A DNA stretch of 64,000 nt. Origin: Mizuhopecten yessoensis. Its lineage: Eukaryota. The position numbers and the translations under genes were made by a program. The notes below the pieces were generated by a model. That model saw only the letters and a program-made list of their open reading frames with translations, was not told the DNA's origin and did no database searches. Location: positions 252,755 to 316,754 of the forward strand of contig NW_018403901.1 of assembly GCF_002113885.1 (NCBI RefSeq), in the 5' to 3' direction. Shown in pieces: positions 40,601 to 52,720 of the stretch. Position 1 is the stretch's first letter. Every line of letters begins with the position of its first letter.

Positions 40601-43600
40601 CGGTGGCGACATCAATATATGTTGCGCTTTGTACATATGTTTGCTGTATTGTAGAATTAGTTTATTTCATTTGGCACGAATTCATGTTAAAACTATGTTT
40701 GCGGTATCCTAGTGCAGTTAACTTGGTGATTGTCAATTGTGTCCTCTGGACGATTAATTATCCACATATCAAAGCCATTATAATTATTCAATATACGCAT
40801 TTTTATTTGTTTTTATTTTACTCGTTTGTTGTTTTACAGCCACAAAAACGACCATAAGGGCTAGTGTATTAAGCATATTTGTTGGTATAGGGATTGTTAA
40901 GTACTTTTGTTTCAGTGATTCACTACAACGGATGTCTCCCCTCTTCTAATCCGCATGTAATCGAACTGCACACATCAGTTTATCTTATAGAAAGCAGTAA
41001 TATTAATTTGATAATAATTGAAGATATGAACTCAATATGTGTCATTAATACATAATCAGTGCAACGGGATTTGTTCGCCATTCGAATGCTGGAGAATAAA
41101 TATTGGAATTAATCAATTGATTGATTGCCACTTTATAAATATTCTCTGCTGTGGAGGATCATCCGTTTACTCTGTGCGATTTGTTGTTTCATAGCGTTGG
41201 CAATGACGACCAATACGGGTAACACTTTACTATTAGTTGTGTTGAGACAAAGGTTTCATTTCCTCCGATTCTATTTTCCTTATATTCTTTATATATATAT
41301 AGAATAAAAACAAATTTTCAGATCCTCCCTTAGGCTTTTCTGCCTTCTAGGGCTTCTTCAGGCGGATTGTATGTATTATATATTTTTTCCTCTGATTATA
41401 CCAATCCAAGGAATGCATCCTTTCCTAGTTGTAACCATTATTTCAGTTACTTGTTCATTGTTATCCCTTACGTTCAGGAATATTGAAAAAAATGTAAGCC
41501 ATATAATGCATTGTTAAGCATACATGGATGGCTGTAGATAGTTGATTTACATTTTACTCGCATGTATAACTTGAATCACATAATTGTATTGCTAATCCCC
41601 TAGTCTCATTGTTTTACAGCCTTAAAAACGACCATAAGATGTAAAATTTTATTTTTATATTTAGATAATATCCAAACAGTGATTATTTAAAATGATATAT
41701 ATATATATTAAAATGATATATATATATATATATATAGCAGGGCGACTTTATTCTACTAGGTTCAGCAAGTGACTTCTTTTTGAAAGAAGAACAGTATATT
41801 TCTCAAATTTTATTACTCTCGAAACATAAACATTATTTTGCGAGCTTGCTTTTCTCTGTAATAAATGCGGACCTTTAATTTTTTCAAATTCATAGAAATT
41901 ACAATGTATTACGAAACGCAAAATTTAAAGTCTAACGCCCAAATCGGATTTTGACATCACACAAATGGTATTTCTCGACACTGTCCAAATGTCTTCTATT
42001 GTCTTCTGGTTTGGGGTCAAAGTTGTTTATAGATAATAATAACAGCCAAAAAAACGTAATTAGATTATGTATGCTCATTTGATTGGTTTCAGGACCTTCT
42101 TCACACATTTCACTATGACGTACGTTTATTCAGCAACGACTTTGCTTTTTTGCCTTACCATGATATAGTAGTCATATCTAGAACATTTTGAGGAGAGGAA
42201 AGAATGCTATTTGTTTTAATAAATTGTTTGATACTTTGCCATGATATTCCTAACATTACAGGGAAATACTTTATATAAGCACAAACGAGCTCATATTTGT
42301 ACAGCGTTAAAAACTCCAACGGTTATGATTTAATGAAAAGATGTAAAGATATAATAGAAATGATATTGAAATGAGTAACCTTTATTTGATTTGCTGTCAA
42401 CCTTATAACAGAAGCATTTTGTACTTGTCTAAATTTTAGCTACAACTGAAACCAGTAGCGGTGGTATTGGACTTTATATCGGAGCCGCCATCGGAGGGTT
42501 GCTTTTTATCCTCATCATCATCGGCGTTATCATCATCTGTCTTAAACTCAAGAAAAAGAAAAATGTTGTACAGGACGAAGAAAAGAAGCAGGCGCCTCCT
42601 CAAGGTAAAGTCTTTTTCTCTGGATTTATTGTTGTTTCTGGAATATTGAATAAATCTACAGGACGTCCCACCTTAAAGGTGCCATCTTATCATATAATAA
42701 TACTTCATCCTATTATGGCATCTGCATACCACTAAAGTCGTTCCGAATAGCACGATTGCCTCCATTACATAAAAAGAGTATTACACTTTATATTAAGTAT
42801 TGTGAAGCTCACGCACATTTGAAGGCCTTACGATACCCTCCCTCCAGCAAGTAGACGCATTTTCAGAAAGTCTTTCTAATCCTTCCTTTCAAATTTTTAT
42901 ATCATATTTATATATCATCTTGTATCAATGACATTGTTTTTGAGGACTTTAAATAAACATTCATCCTTTGTGTATATTTAGTTCGTGTATTTCGAAAAGA
43001 CATTTTTGATATTCGAAGATTTCCAGGTAAGATCACCGCTAATGCATGACTCACTTCGGTAACCGGTTTGGTTAAATGACTGCCAGTCACATCAATCAAT
43101 GACAATGATTGTATGGCGTAGGTTTATGCATGTTAGTTTATAATTTTGTATACATTTGAAAGGTCAAGGTGAAGGAAAAGACAACAGGGACGCTTATTTG
43201 TTTCCAGTCATATTGTCGGTCACTGGTTGCAGTGAATTTATTTCATTGTAAATTAACGTTCAGAAGTAATTCGTGAGATCAGCCATAATGTAGCTCTTCT
43301 TTATATATAAAGGTATGGAAAGCGTTTGCTTATTTTAAGCTTCTTAATTACTTTTTATTGTTGATGACAAATAATTCCTCTGTACATATATGTTATATGA
43401 TTCCTTAGAGATCGAGTGATGTGCTATTGCTTATCACAAAAACGTCCTCAGATTAGTACTAATTAATGCGTCTCTTAAAATCATTGATAATGTAATAATT
43501 GATCTCCAACACATTTACAAAATTCATGTCGTTTTACATTTTCTATCGTATTTGTAATGTGTATATTCATTCCTTATTCAGAATTATGCTAGGTACTTAC

Positions 43601-46600
43601 TATCATGACTATCATCCATCTTTTTTCAGGGAAATATTTACCACCCATTAATGGAGGTAAACTATGTATTAAGTAGAATATACTATATCTATACATAGAT
43701 ATTTTTTCTCATTTAACGCATGTTCATCAGGTTTCTTCTATTCATTTGTTGGCTTCTTTTAACCATTTAAACGAAATGCATGTTGTTTGAAGAGAAGCAA
43801 TGCTCTTTTCAGATCCGGCAATATCAGCATTTTGTCACAATGCATGTTAATTATGTATCACAAAATCTCAGCTCTTTCACATGCATTTTCAAAAGCGATA
43901 TATGCCATTAATATTTGCAGATAGTCAAAAGATGCTAAAATACGTGTAATGGGTTGCTTATGCGTGTAAAATGTAGCTTATATCATATGCTGCAGCTTAA
44001 CATGCATGCAATAATAAGCCGAATTATTCCATGTGAAAGCTAAGCATAGAGGTAGGAAACGACTGTTATGATATACTTAAGTATTGGTTTTCGCCCTGGA
44101 TGGACACTTTCTGATACAAATTTAGGCCTGATTTAGGACAGAGGTAGTATAATCATTAAAGCAGTTCTCAGTGAGGCAAATAGGAAAAGAAAGGAAATTT
44201 TTTTGTAAGCAAATATGAAAACGATATATATTTCTAGTAAGAAATGATATTCACACAGCCTCAATCATTATTATTACAAATATGTTATAGTTGATATCAT
44301 TGAAGTCTATCAATTTCCTGATATTTGACAACTGAATGTCTAGTTTCAACGACACAGCGACATCATGAATATGACTAGGGTGTTTAGGCCTTAATGCTTG
44401 GATACTTTCATTGCAATTTGCATCTCGTTATGAGTGTTATATTCACTTTGTTATTGGGGAGCGATTAACAGACTCTGACAACATATATTCTTGATTGGAA
44501 TAAGTATGAAATGTTCTTAGATTAGATTAGCCTATGTCTTTTTCATTATTCTGTGTATAGTATATATCGTAGAGCGTGATCTGAATATTATTCTCTCATC
44601 GTTGTACAATACTCGAACAGTGACCTTGGAATATCATTATAAATAAAGATACTATTTCATCATAGTTTACTTTATATGACAAAAAACAGTTTTGTAATGG
44701 AAACGATTACAAAAATGTTTTCGTTTATCAATTAACAAACTTGCCAACCAATGTGTTGGAATCATATTTCATTTAATTGTGTTTAACATCTAACATGTAA
44801 CATGTTCGAGTAGTGTACATGTATGACTCAACAGCATATGGTAACAAAATCATATGAACTATTACATCTGAATCGAACCACTTAAAGATACAAGAGAATA
44901 GTGTTCCAATGTATTTGAATTATCAAATACATAGTTCGGTATCACCGGAGTTTACCTATATCATATGCCTATGACTTATACTCAAAAATGTGTTTCCCCA
45001 TATACAAAAAGGAACTCATTTTATGATTAATTAACATTAATTTGTTCATTTATGTGACGGCTCTGTCTTTCATTTTCTTTCATTTTCATACCCCTTGGAT
45101 ATGATTTTTGTAAGTATGGTTCAACACACTAGAAGTCCCTTTAAGATACTTTAAATAAAAACATACCATACCCGAGGGAATTGCTGTGTTGTACTCCAAC
45201 CCAAATAACATGTTTTCACCTTAGTAGGCCAAACCGAAAACTATTCAATCTTACATAGTACGCTATATTGATTCTGTTTGTATTGTTGTGTATAGTTTTG
45301 ATTCTTATTGTAAATGTATTTAAAACGTTTATTTCATCAACAATCAATTGCAAGGTCGTATTATATTGAACGCTTGAAGAGGCAAACACTAATTTAACAA
45401 TCAGTTTCTAAACTACATGCCATGGTACATGGCACGAACTTTTAGATTTGCAATGAGGCGGTCTAACTTTAATTCCTATACAACAAAGTGTACACAGGGC
45501 CAATTAAGCTCCGCGGTCAAAGAAAATAGTCAAGTACTTGATTTATCAATAAAGGTGGAAGTCGTTGATGACAAGCTTTTGTCATTATGTGGCTAGCACT
45601 GTCGTACTTTGTTTACCCTTGGTAACACACACACCACGAGTACCTGTTAAGTAGGGGGCAGGCAAGGGCACTCGAGGTGTGGCAAGGGCCCACAAGTCAT
45701 CATTACACCGTGTCGCAATAGCTTCAGTTATCTTACAGCTTGGCAACTATGTTAAAAAAACTTAACAGTGTGTGGTTTGTTGTACTTTTGTTATTAGTTA
45801 AGGTTCAAAATGTAAGCAAAGTTTGATTGTTCCTCGCTATAGTTCAATATAGGAACCTGTGCAGCATCAGACTGTTTTATACCAAACGATCTTTTGCGCT
45901 ATTCTTCTTTGCGCTTTCACTATCATTAAGCAGTTTCTTCAGAAAAAAAGAACAAACTTTTCCATTTTCAAGTAAATCTGTACGTTAGCAACTTTTACAA
46001 TATATATTTTATATCGGGTTATAGGGTTTCTGAGAGATGTAGTTAGGTAGCGTTGATATCACAGTACATTTAATGTATATATAAGATAAATGCCTGGGGT
46101 TATATGGTGTCTAAAAGAGGTAATTAGGTAGCGTTGATACTACAGAACATTTAAGGTATACATAAGAGAAGTGCCTTGGGTTATACGGGTGTCTAAGAGA
46201 GGTAGTTAGGTAGCGTTGATACCACAGTACATTTAATGTATATATAGTATAAGTGCCTATGGTTATACGATTTCTAAGCGATGTAGTTAGGTAGCGTTGA
46301 TATACCACAGTACATTTAATGTATATATAGTATAAGTGCCTAGGGTTATACGGTGCCTAAGAGAGGTAGTTAGGTAGCGTTTACCACAGTACATTTAATG
46401 TATATATAGTATAAGTGCCTGGGGTTATACGGTGACTAAGAGAGGAAGTTAGGTAGAGTTAATACCACAGTACATTAACTGGATATAGTATAAGTACCTG
46501 GGGTTATACGGTGTCTAAGAGAGGTAGTTAGGTAGAGTTGATACTACAGTACATTTAATGTATATATAGTAAAAGTACCTGGGGTTATACGGTGTCTAAG

Positions 46601-49600
46601 AGAGGTAGTTAGGGAGAGTTGATACTACAGTACATTTAATGTATATATAGAATATGTACCTGGGGTTATACGGGTGTCTAAGAGAGGTAGTTAGGTAGAG
46701 TTGATACCACAGTACATTAACTGGATATAATATAAATACCTGGGTTATACGGTGTCTAAGAGAGGTAGTAAGGTAGAGTTGATACCACAGTGCATTTAAT
46801 GTTTATATAGAATATGTACCTGGGGTTATACGGTGTCTAAGAGAGGTAGTTAGGTAGAGTTGATACTACAGTACATTTACTATATGTATAGTGTAAGTAC
46901 CTGGGGTTATACGGTGTCTAAGAGAGGTAGTTAGGTAGAGTTGATACCACAGTACATTAACTGGATATAATATAAATACCTGGGTTATACGGTTTCTAAG
47001 AGAGGTAGTTAGGTAGAGTTGATACTACAGTACATTTAATGTATATATAGTAAAAGTGCCTGGGCTTATACGGTGTCTAAGAGAGGTAGTTAGGTAGTGT
47101 TGATACTACAGTACATTTAATGTATATATAGTAAAAGTGCCTGGGGTTATACGGTGTCTAAGAGAGGTAGTTAGGTAGAGTTGATACTACAGTACATTTA
47201 CTATATATATAGTATAAGTACCTGGGGTTATACGGGTGTCTATGAGAGGTAGTTAGGTAGAGTTGATACTACAGTACATTTAATGCATACATAAGATAAG
47301 TATCTGGGGTTATACGGTGTCTAAGAGAGGTAGTTAGGTAGCGTTGATACCACAGTACATTTACTATATATATAGTAAAAGTACCTGGGGTTATACGGTG
47401 TCTAAGAGAGGTAGTTAGCTAGAGTTGATACTACCGTACATTTACTATATATATATTAAATGTACTGTGGTTTCAACGCTACCTAACGACCTCTCTTAGA
47501 CACGGTATAACCCCAGGTACATATTCTATATATACATTAAATGTACCGTAGTATCAACACTACCTATCTACCTCTCTTAGACGCCGTATAACCCCAGGAA
47601 CTTATACTATATATACATTAAATGTACCGTAGTATCAACACTACCTATCTACCTCTCTTAGACACCGTATACCCCCAGGTACTTTTACTATATATATAGT
47701 ATAAGTTCCTGGGGTTATACGGTGTCTAAGAGAGGTAGTTAGGTAGAGTTGATACCACAGTACATTTAATGTTTATATAGTATAAGTACCTGAGGTTGTA
47801 CGGTGTCTAAGAGAGGTAGTTAGGTAGAGTTGATACTACAGTACATTTACTATATATATAGTATAAGTACCTGGGGTTATACGGTGTCTAAGAGAGGTAG
47901 TTAGGTAGCGTTGATACCACAGTACATTTAATGTTTATATAGTATAAGTACCTGAGGTTGTACGGTGTCTAAGAGAGGTAGTTAGGTAGCGTTGATACTA
48001 CAGTACATTTAATGTATACGAAAATCGACTCTATGCAAACCCTAGACATCTACATGTCAGTGAAACACAGATTAATATCAAGTCTCTTTCCTAATCCATT
48101 TGAAGGACATTTCCTTCCACGGTTATAATTACTGAGGATAAATATTAACGTTAGTAGATCGTTGTGATGTTGCTTTATAAAATACTTTTGAAATTCGAGA
48201 AGGTCATATTTTTTTCATTTTGTCCATTTGCTTTTGAATTTGTCATTTGTATTGGATTTTTGTACAATGCCCAATTTGCCTACTTTCTATATTTTAATTT
48301 ATGGCAGTGCTTTGCCTGTTGAGTCATGTTTTTACTTGTCGGCTTGAACACTCTATGCATTAACGTAAAATGATATTACATTCTAAACATAACATATACG
48401 AACAGGCTTGTCTATTATTACAGTCATGTTCTCTCATGATGTTAGCATACTTTCTGCCAATATTGAACCATTTTTTTTAATTTCATTTCTCTGTTTCGAA
48501 ACGTCGATGTAACGTTGGTCAGAGGCATTGTTAATTTCAATGGACAAATTGATCTTTGAAATGGTGTCATTAGCAAACCGGAAAACTTCCAGACTATTGA
48601 TATTAACACAGACAGTGGAATAAATCATCAGTGGATAATGACTATACGTTACATCTCCTTTTAACAATATATTGTACATCAATACACACGTCATTAACGA
48701 GGGAGGGTTTGGTAACGCCTGGCTCCACAGAGGAGTAGTAATCTCCTGGTACAACAATGTACCAATGGACTAGTATATGACGATGATAATACGTATTGGA
48801 GAAATATAGAAATCACAAGCCAATTACTGTCATTGTTATAACGTCGCACGTTTACATGGTATTGATTTAACCGAGTCTTTGATCAAACCAGGTAATAAAT
48901 ACTACGGCATATATCATTACCAGTCAATCAGACCCTTTAAAATGATACCCAAAATATATAATTTAACATCCAATATCCTGAACTGGATAAATAAGTCTAT
49001 GTTTAACCCATACTTTCCTGTATGCGTCTGTATATTGGTATATATTGTTCCTACCTTAAAAGCATTTACTGTTAATGTGTGACCTACTTCTGTACTTACC
49101 CTTGACTGAATAACAACATCCATATTTTTTCCTCTTTTCATTTTGTAATTCTGTCTTTCTACCTCATCATTGCCAACCTAAATTACGACAAATTTTATGA
49201 AATTATCTTTATTACATTTTGATACCTACCCAAGTTTATTCCGGGTAAAACAAGAAACCAATCTCATTTAATGATAAACAGATGTAAAGATCACTTATTT
49301 TATATGTTTTTTACGATGAAAATATATCTAAGTTACTGAGCACCACTGTGTTCATATCGTCACCAATTTCAATTGCTAGCACATCAATCAGAATGAATCA
49401 ATGTCTATACTGTAACCAACATATTATCTTTGAAGAATTAGCGATTATCATAAGGAATATTGGCGATGTGAAATATTTGAAAGCTTCACTCATTACCACG
49501 AAATTTGAATATTGTAAGTTATATTTCTTACAGAATGTGTTATAGAAACGATGTCCCCGCGAGATGCCCTCGAGATTGGATCACCTGACATTGACAACCG

Positions 49601-49691
49601 ACTAACACCTTTACCGGTACAGCCTATCGCCCCAGTGACAGCACCACAAACGGACAAACATCCTCTTCCGCCCATCACAAACAATGGCTGA
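25620..49691 (+). CDS. Gene C: paralogue of gene B, type-I membrane protein (up to ~480 aa) with a microexon-encoded Thr/Ser stalk and Pro-rich cytoplasmic tail. Exons 25620-25689, 32799-32991, 33483-33586, 34671-34802, 35131-35307, 35569-35684, 36090-36207, 36518-36526, stalk microexons (36972-37001, 38223-38246?, 38578-38601, 39584-39610, 40840-40863?, 41195-41218, 41620-41640), 42440-42604, 43630-43656, 49534-49691
   Basis: Signal peptide MTMWTGISLSCFILWILRSAHYVES; ectodomain TCSQPSSEWSGNWYDS...LFGQPQNAYIC...YVTLVNAD...YRFTCL aligns exon by exon with gene B, same phases; TM IGLYIGAAIGGLLFILIIIGVIIICL then KLKKKK; tail GKYLPPING...HPLPPITNNG*; AATAAA near 50602 and 50865. Confidence 0.85.
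30860..31330. repeat. Degenerate ~30-33-bp tandem repeat
   Basis: Recurring aagttaactatcaatacatactacctata-like units. Confidence 0.7.
36518..36526 (+). CDS. 9-nt microexon of gene C (V-T-C)
   Basis: aaacag|ttacctgcc|gtaagt; same size, phase, position and Cys as gene B 19948-19956. Confidence 0.75.
36539..41606 (+). repeat. Intragenic direct duplication: ~36539-38916 and ~39142-41606
   Basis: Long near-identical blocks (e.g. cagataaactatttcttaagtacatgtttcac at 36548 and 39151; near-duplicate ORFs at 38508 and 41125) separated by ~225 bp of unique spacer. Confidence 0.95.
36972..41640 (+). CDS. Array of 21-30-nt phase-1 Thr/Ser/Ala-rich stalk microexons of gene C
   Basis: Each follows a strong acceptor (ttccacag, ttttacag, tttcacag/tttcatag); peptides FTTTSATTT, LKTTIRA, LATTTNT, SAAASATS, TKTTIRA, LAMTTNT, LKTTIR. 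The donors of 38223-38246 and 40840-40863 (gtgtat) are weak. Confidence 0.6.
41322..41367 (-). ncRNA. Degenerate hammerhead ribozyme-like motif inside a ~75-85-bp segment unique to duplication copy 2
   Basis: - strand: atccgc CTGAAGA agccct aga aggca GAAA agcc ta agggaggat; atcc/ggat can close stem I. Confidence 0.45.
42440..42604 (+). CDS. Transmembrane exon of gene C
   Basis: aaattttag|...caag|gtaaag, 165 nt, phase 1-1; hydrophobic helix followed by a poly-Lys stop-transfer segment. Confidence 0.88.
46015..48018. repeat. Minisatellite, ~81-bp unit, ~25 copies, with three units inverted; in the last intron of gene C
   Basis: Unit ggggttatacggtgtctaagagaggtagttaggtagagttgatactacagtacatttaatgtatatatagtataagtacct (starts 46581 and 46662); reverse-complement units at ~47450-47693. 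Confidence 0.96.
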
Positions 49692-51474
49692 CGATTCTAT
49701 ATGAAAACATCCAAGCAGACATCTGTGATACTTATTCCTTATTCATTTACGCTGGTGTGTTGAAACAAGGTCATTTTATATTGTTACTTGATCATTAGTG
49801 TGTTTGGACATGTTCGACTAATGCTCCAAGGTGTAAAAACAAGTGGCCAATGGTCAAAGCCAATGACCATGCGTGTAATTTCTTGTAATCATCATAATAC
49901 TCTGCGTGTTTTGTGATTGACATTTCACAGTATTTAACAATTGTGTAGCGTATACTTATCAAAAGGTCTATACATACCTTTGAATTTAAAAAAAAAATGT
50001 GACTGAAACATTAGAGGTGCAAATGTGTGTCTTAACCACGTTAAACTTTGTAATAATGAGTCGGTTTAAGACAAACAGTTATACGTATACCTTTATGAGC
50101 GCTGGACAGCTGCAATCGTGGTGTAAACGATTTGTCATTTAGGATTTTTTAACTTATTTTTTGGTTACTCTCTCAGTGAAGATATGCTTCTAGTTACCAG
50201 CACAAATAATGCAGAAGATTCGAAATCCGGAACACCGATGAAAACACGTGACCGGATTGGATATGATGTGAACATATAAACAAAACGCCACATGTGTGCG
50301 CCGAACAGTACTCATTGATATGGTTCGTCAGTTTGTACATATCTGTGTATATACGTTATCTCTGATAACGTCTTTGCCATATCACTGACAATTATATTGA
50401 CTATAGATGGGATGTATTATCACTGAGTGAATTCTGTGTGTTGTGACGTATACTCGTATAACTTTATTGATATCTTTACCAACATGTTATGAACATGATC
50501 ATGTCACCTACGTACTTTCCTTACTGTATGTATACATTACGTTCCGCAAGATTCCATTTCATGTAAGCTGACGGTGATCGTTACCAAATTTTGTATTTGT
50601 GAATAAATTCAAATGATATACTAGATGGAACTGAAGTCCACAATTTCGTATGGATTTTTAGATTAGATGTAAGGCGGGCGGACCTATCAATATGTCTCTA
50701 CGCCTTTAACAGTAATTTCTATGGCATCATCATACCTCATTGTCCCATAAGTTTGTATTAAATTCCAGTGATACGTGAAACTAAAATTGCTATTGTCATA
50801 TGTCTTTCTTTCCCCTTCCACCTGTGATATCAAATGTACTTTATTGAAAATACCATGTCTGTTTAATAAACTTTGTTTGTTATATTTACCTAGCTGTGTG
50901 TACAGGTCTACAGATTATACTATATAGTACAAGGTGGCGAAGAAACGGTCTGGGTTAGGATGAATTGAGATTAAATAAAGTTTACTGAGTCAATGTCCTT
51001 ATAACGATAAGATACCGAAGGATTATTACATTCCAATTTAACTTAATTTATTTGTAAATATATACAGCATTAAGGAATGACATTATTATCTATATTATAT
51101 TATTGTATTATCGACGATTCTCCTTGAAATGTAGAACTTTTATACAGTCGTGTTTTTGCTTTGTGAGGAATAAAAACAACAACAAATATTAATTGGTTAA
51201 ATAGAAGTTCAACAATGAGTGACGATATCGCTTATTATGATTATCTAATTCGACTGAATTAGTCCTTTTCACAATTTTCAAAACAACGAGGTTTTACCAA
51301 AAGTAATTCGTATTTATAATGGCATTGCAATGAATTGTGACCGAGCAGCTTGTGTGCTGTAACATAACATTGTTAGCTTAAAATTAGGTCTGTTTATTCC
51401 AAAGTTGTAAAGAGAGTGAATTAACCTATAACACTTTGGGGAAAGCTTAATTCCATTTCTTCCAATATTTAAAG

Positions 51475-52720
51475 AAGATAGTGAGCTTTAACCAAGATAG
51501 TGAGCTTAAACCAAGATAGTGAGCTTTAACCAAGATAGTGAGCGTTAACCAAGACGCAGTATCCGTCGTCCGCCATGACATTTTCATTTACAAGACTACT
51601 ATTGAAATGCAATAAAATTGACTAATTTGACCAAGGAAATTTAAGTTTCCCTAAATGAAGGATGTGATCACTTGGACCCTGTGTGCTAAGAAGTGGATAA
51701 AAACAACAAGGGTTAATCTTAAACAGACTACCTCTTTTGCGTTGAAGGTATTTTCACGGTTCATTCATAGACTGAGGACATTCAATTTGTAAACACAAAG
51801 GATGTGTGGATCTAAAACCTGTCCACTCCTACCCCATATACTTCCCGAGGAAGGGGCGACCGGGTGCAAAAGGATGAATATGGGTTATATTTGACAGATC
51901 ATTTTTTTAGTAAGGATTAACTTAATATTACTTATACATAAATGGATTCAAACAAATTTGTCATGGAACATTCCGAAACTAAGTCAATGGTGGAATAACT
52001 GCAACCCCATTAGGATATAATTCTTTCTGCATGAAGGGAATTTTAAGTTGCAAGAATTACGAGATTTCGTCTCAATGAGAACAGAACGGCGGGACCCTCG
52101 AAAGTTGTATCATGTGACCACATCTGTTATTTTCCGATTGCAGTTACATTCCTGTAATTGCCATATGATATAATAGTGTGCTATGTAAGATCAACATGAT
52201 AAGTGTAATGTAGGCTTGGAATGCACCGTAAAAATTATTTAACATGTGAGAACTTTCTTAAACAAATAAATAAATAACTGTTTAAGGTACACTATACATA
52301 GTTTAACTGGAAATGTACGCCATTGGTTAACATATACCCTTGCACCCCACTTTAATCAATGTTTAGTTAGATAATTGTAGCCATTTCGTTATCTTGTAAT
52401 AGACTTCAAGTTCCTGGACCAAGCATGAGAAATTGCGATTGAAACGTTTGAAAGAATAGGTCCAAAATATCCTCAAGTTGTTATCAAAACCGTTGTTCCA
52501 AATAAAGAGACCAAGACACCTGTACTGTGAACCCCTTAAGATGTACGGCCTTTAATTTTTGTGTTCATAACATTCATAAGAAGTTTTAAATGTGCGGGTT
52601 ATGGTAGGTATGTTATTGTACCTTGACATTTAAGCTTTGAACCCCCTATTAAATTCAGAAGCCGTAATGTACAAGTTATGGACCGAAACATGTTAAAATA
52701 CTGGGTATAATTATTTTTCT
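51475..52720. mobile_element. Highly degenerate Helentron/HINE-like non-autonomous remnants, starting with a 19-bp x4 repeat
   Basis: aagatagtgagctttaacc x4 then gtatccgtcgtccg; later aaggggcgaccgggtgcaaaagg and ccttgacattt motifs resembling bivalve HINE internal repeats (recalled). Confidence 0.3.

Noticed and set aside
38508-41307. Hydrophobic ORFs 38508-38834 and 41125-41307 as small duplicated genes
   Set aside because: Mostly T-rich intron sequence; only the 24-nt microexons inside them have splice support.
43582-43592. 11-nt candidate microexon (cag|aattatgctag|gt)
   Set aside because: Frame-breaking, and would leave a 37-nt intron.
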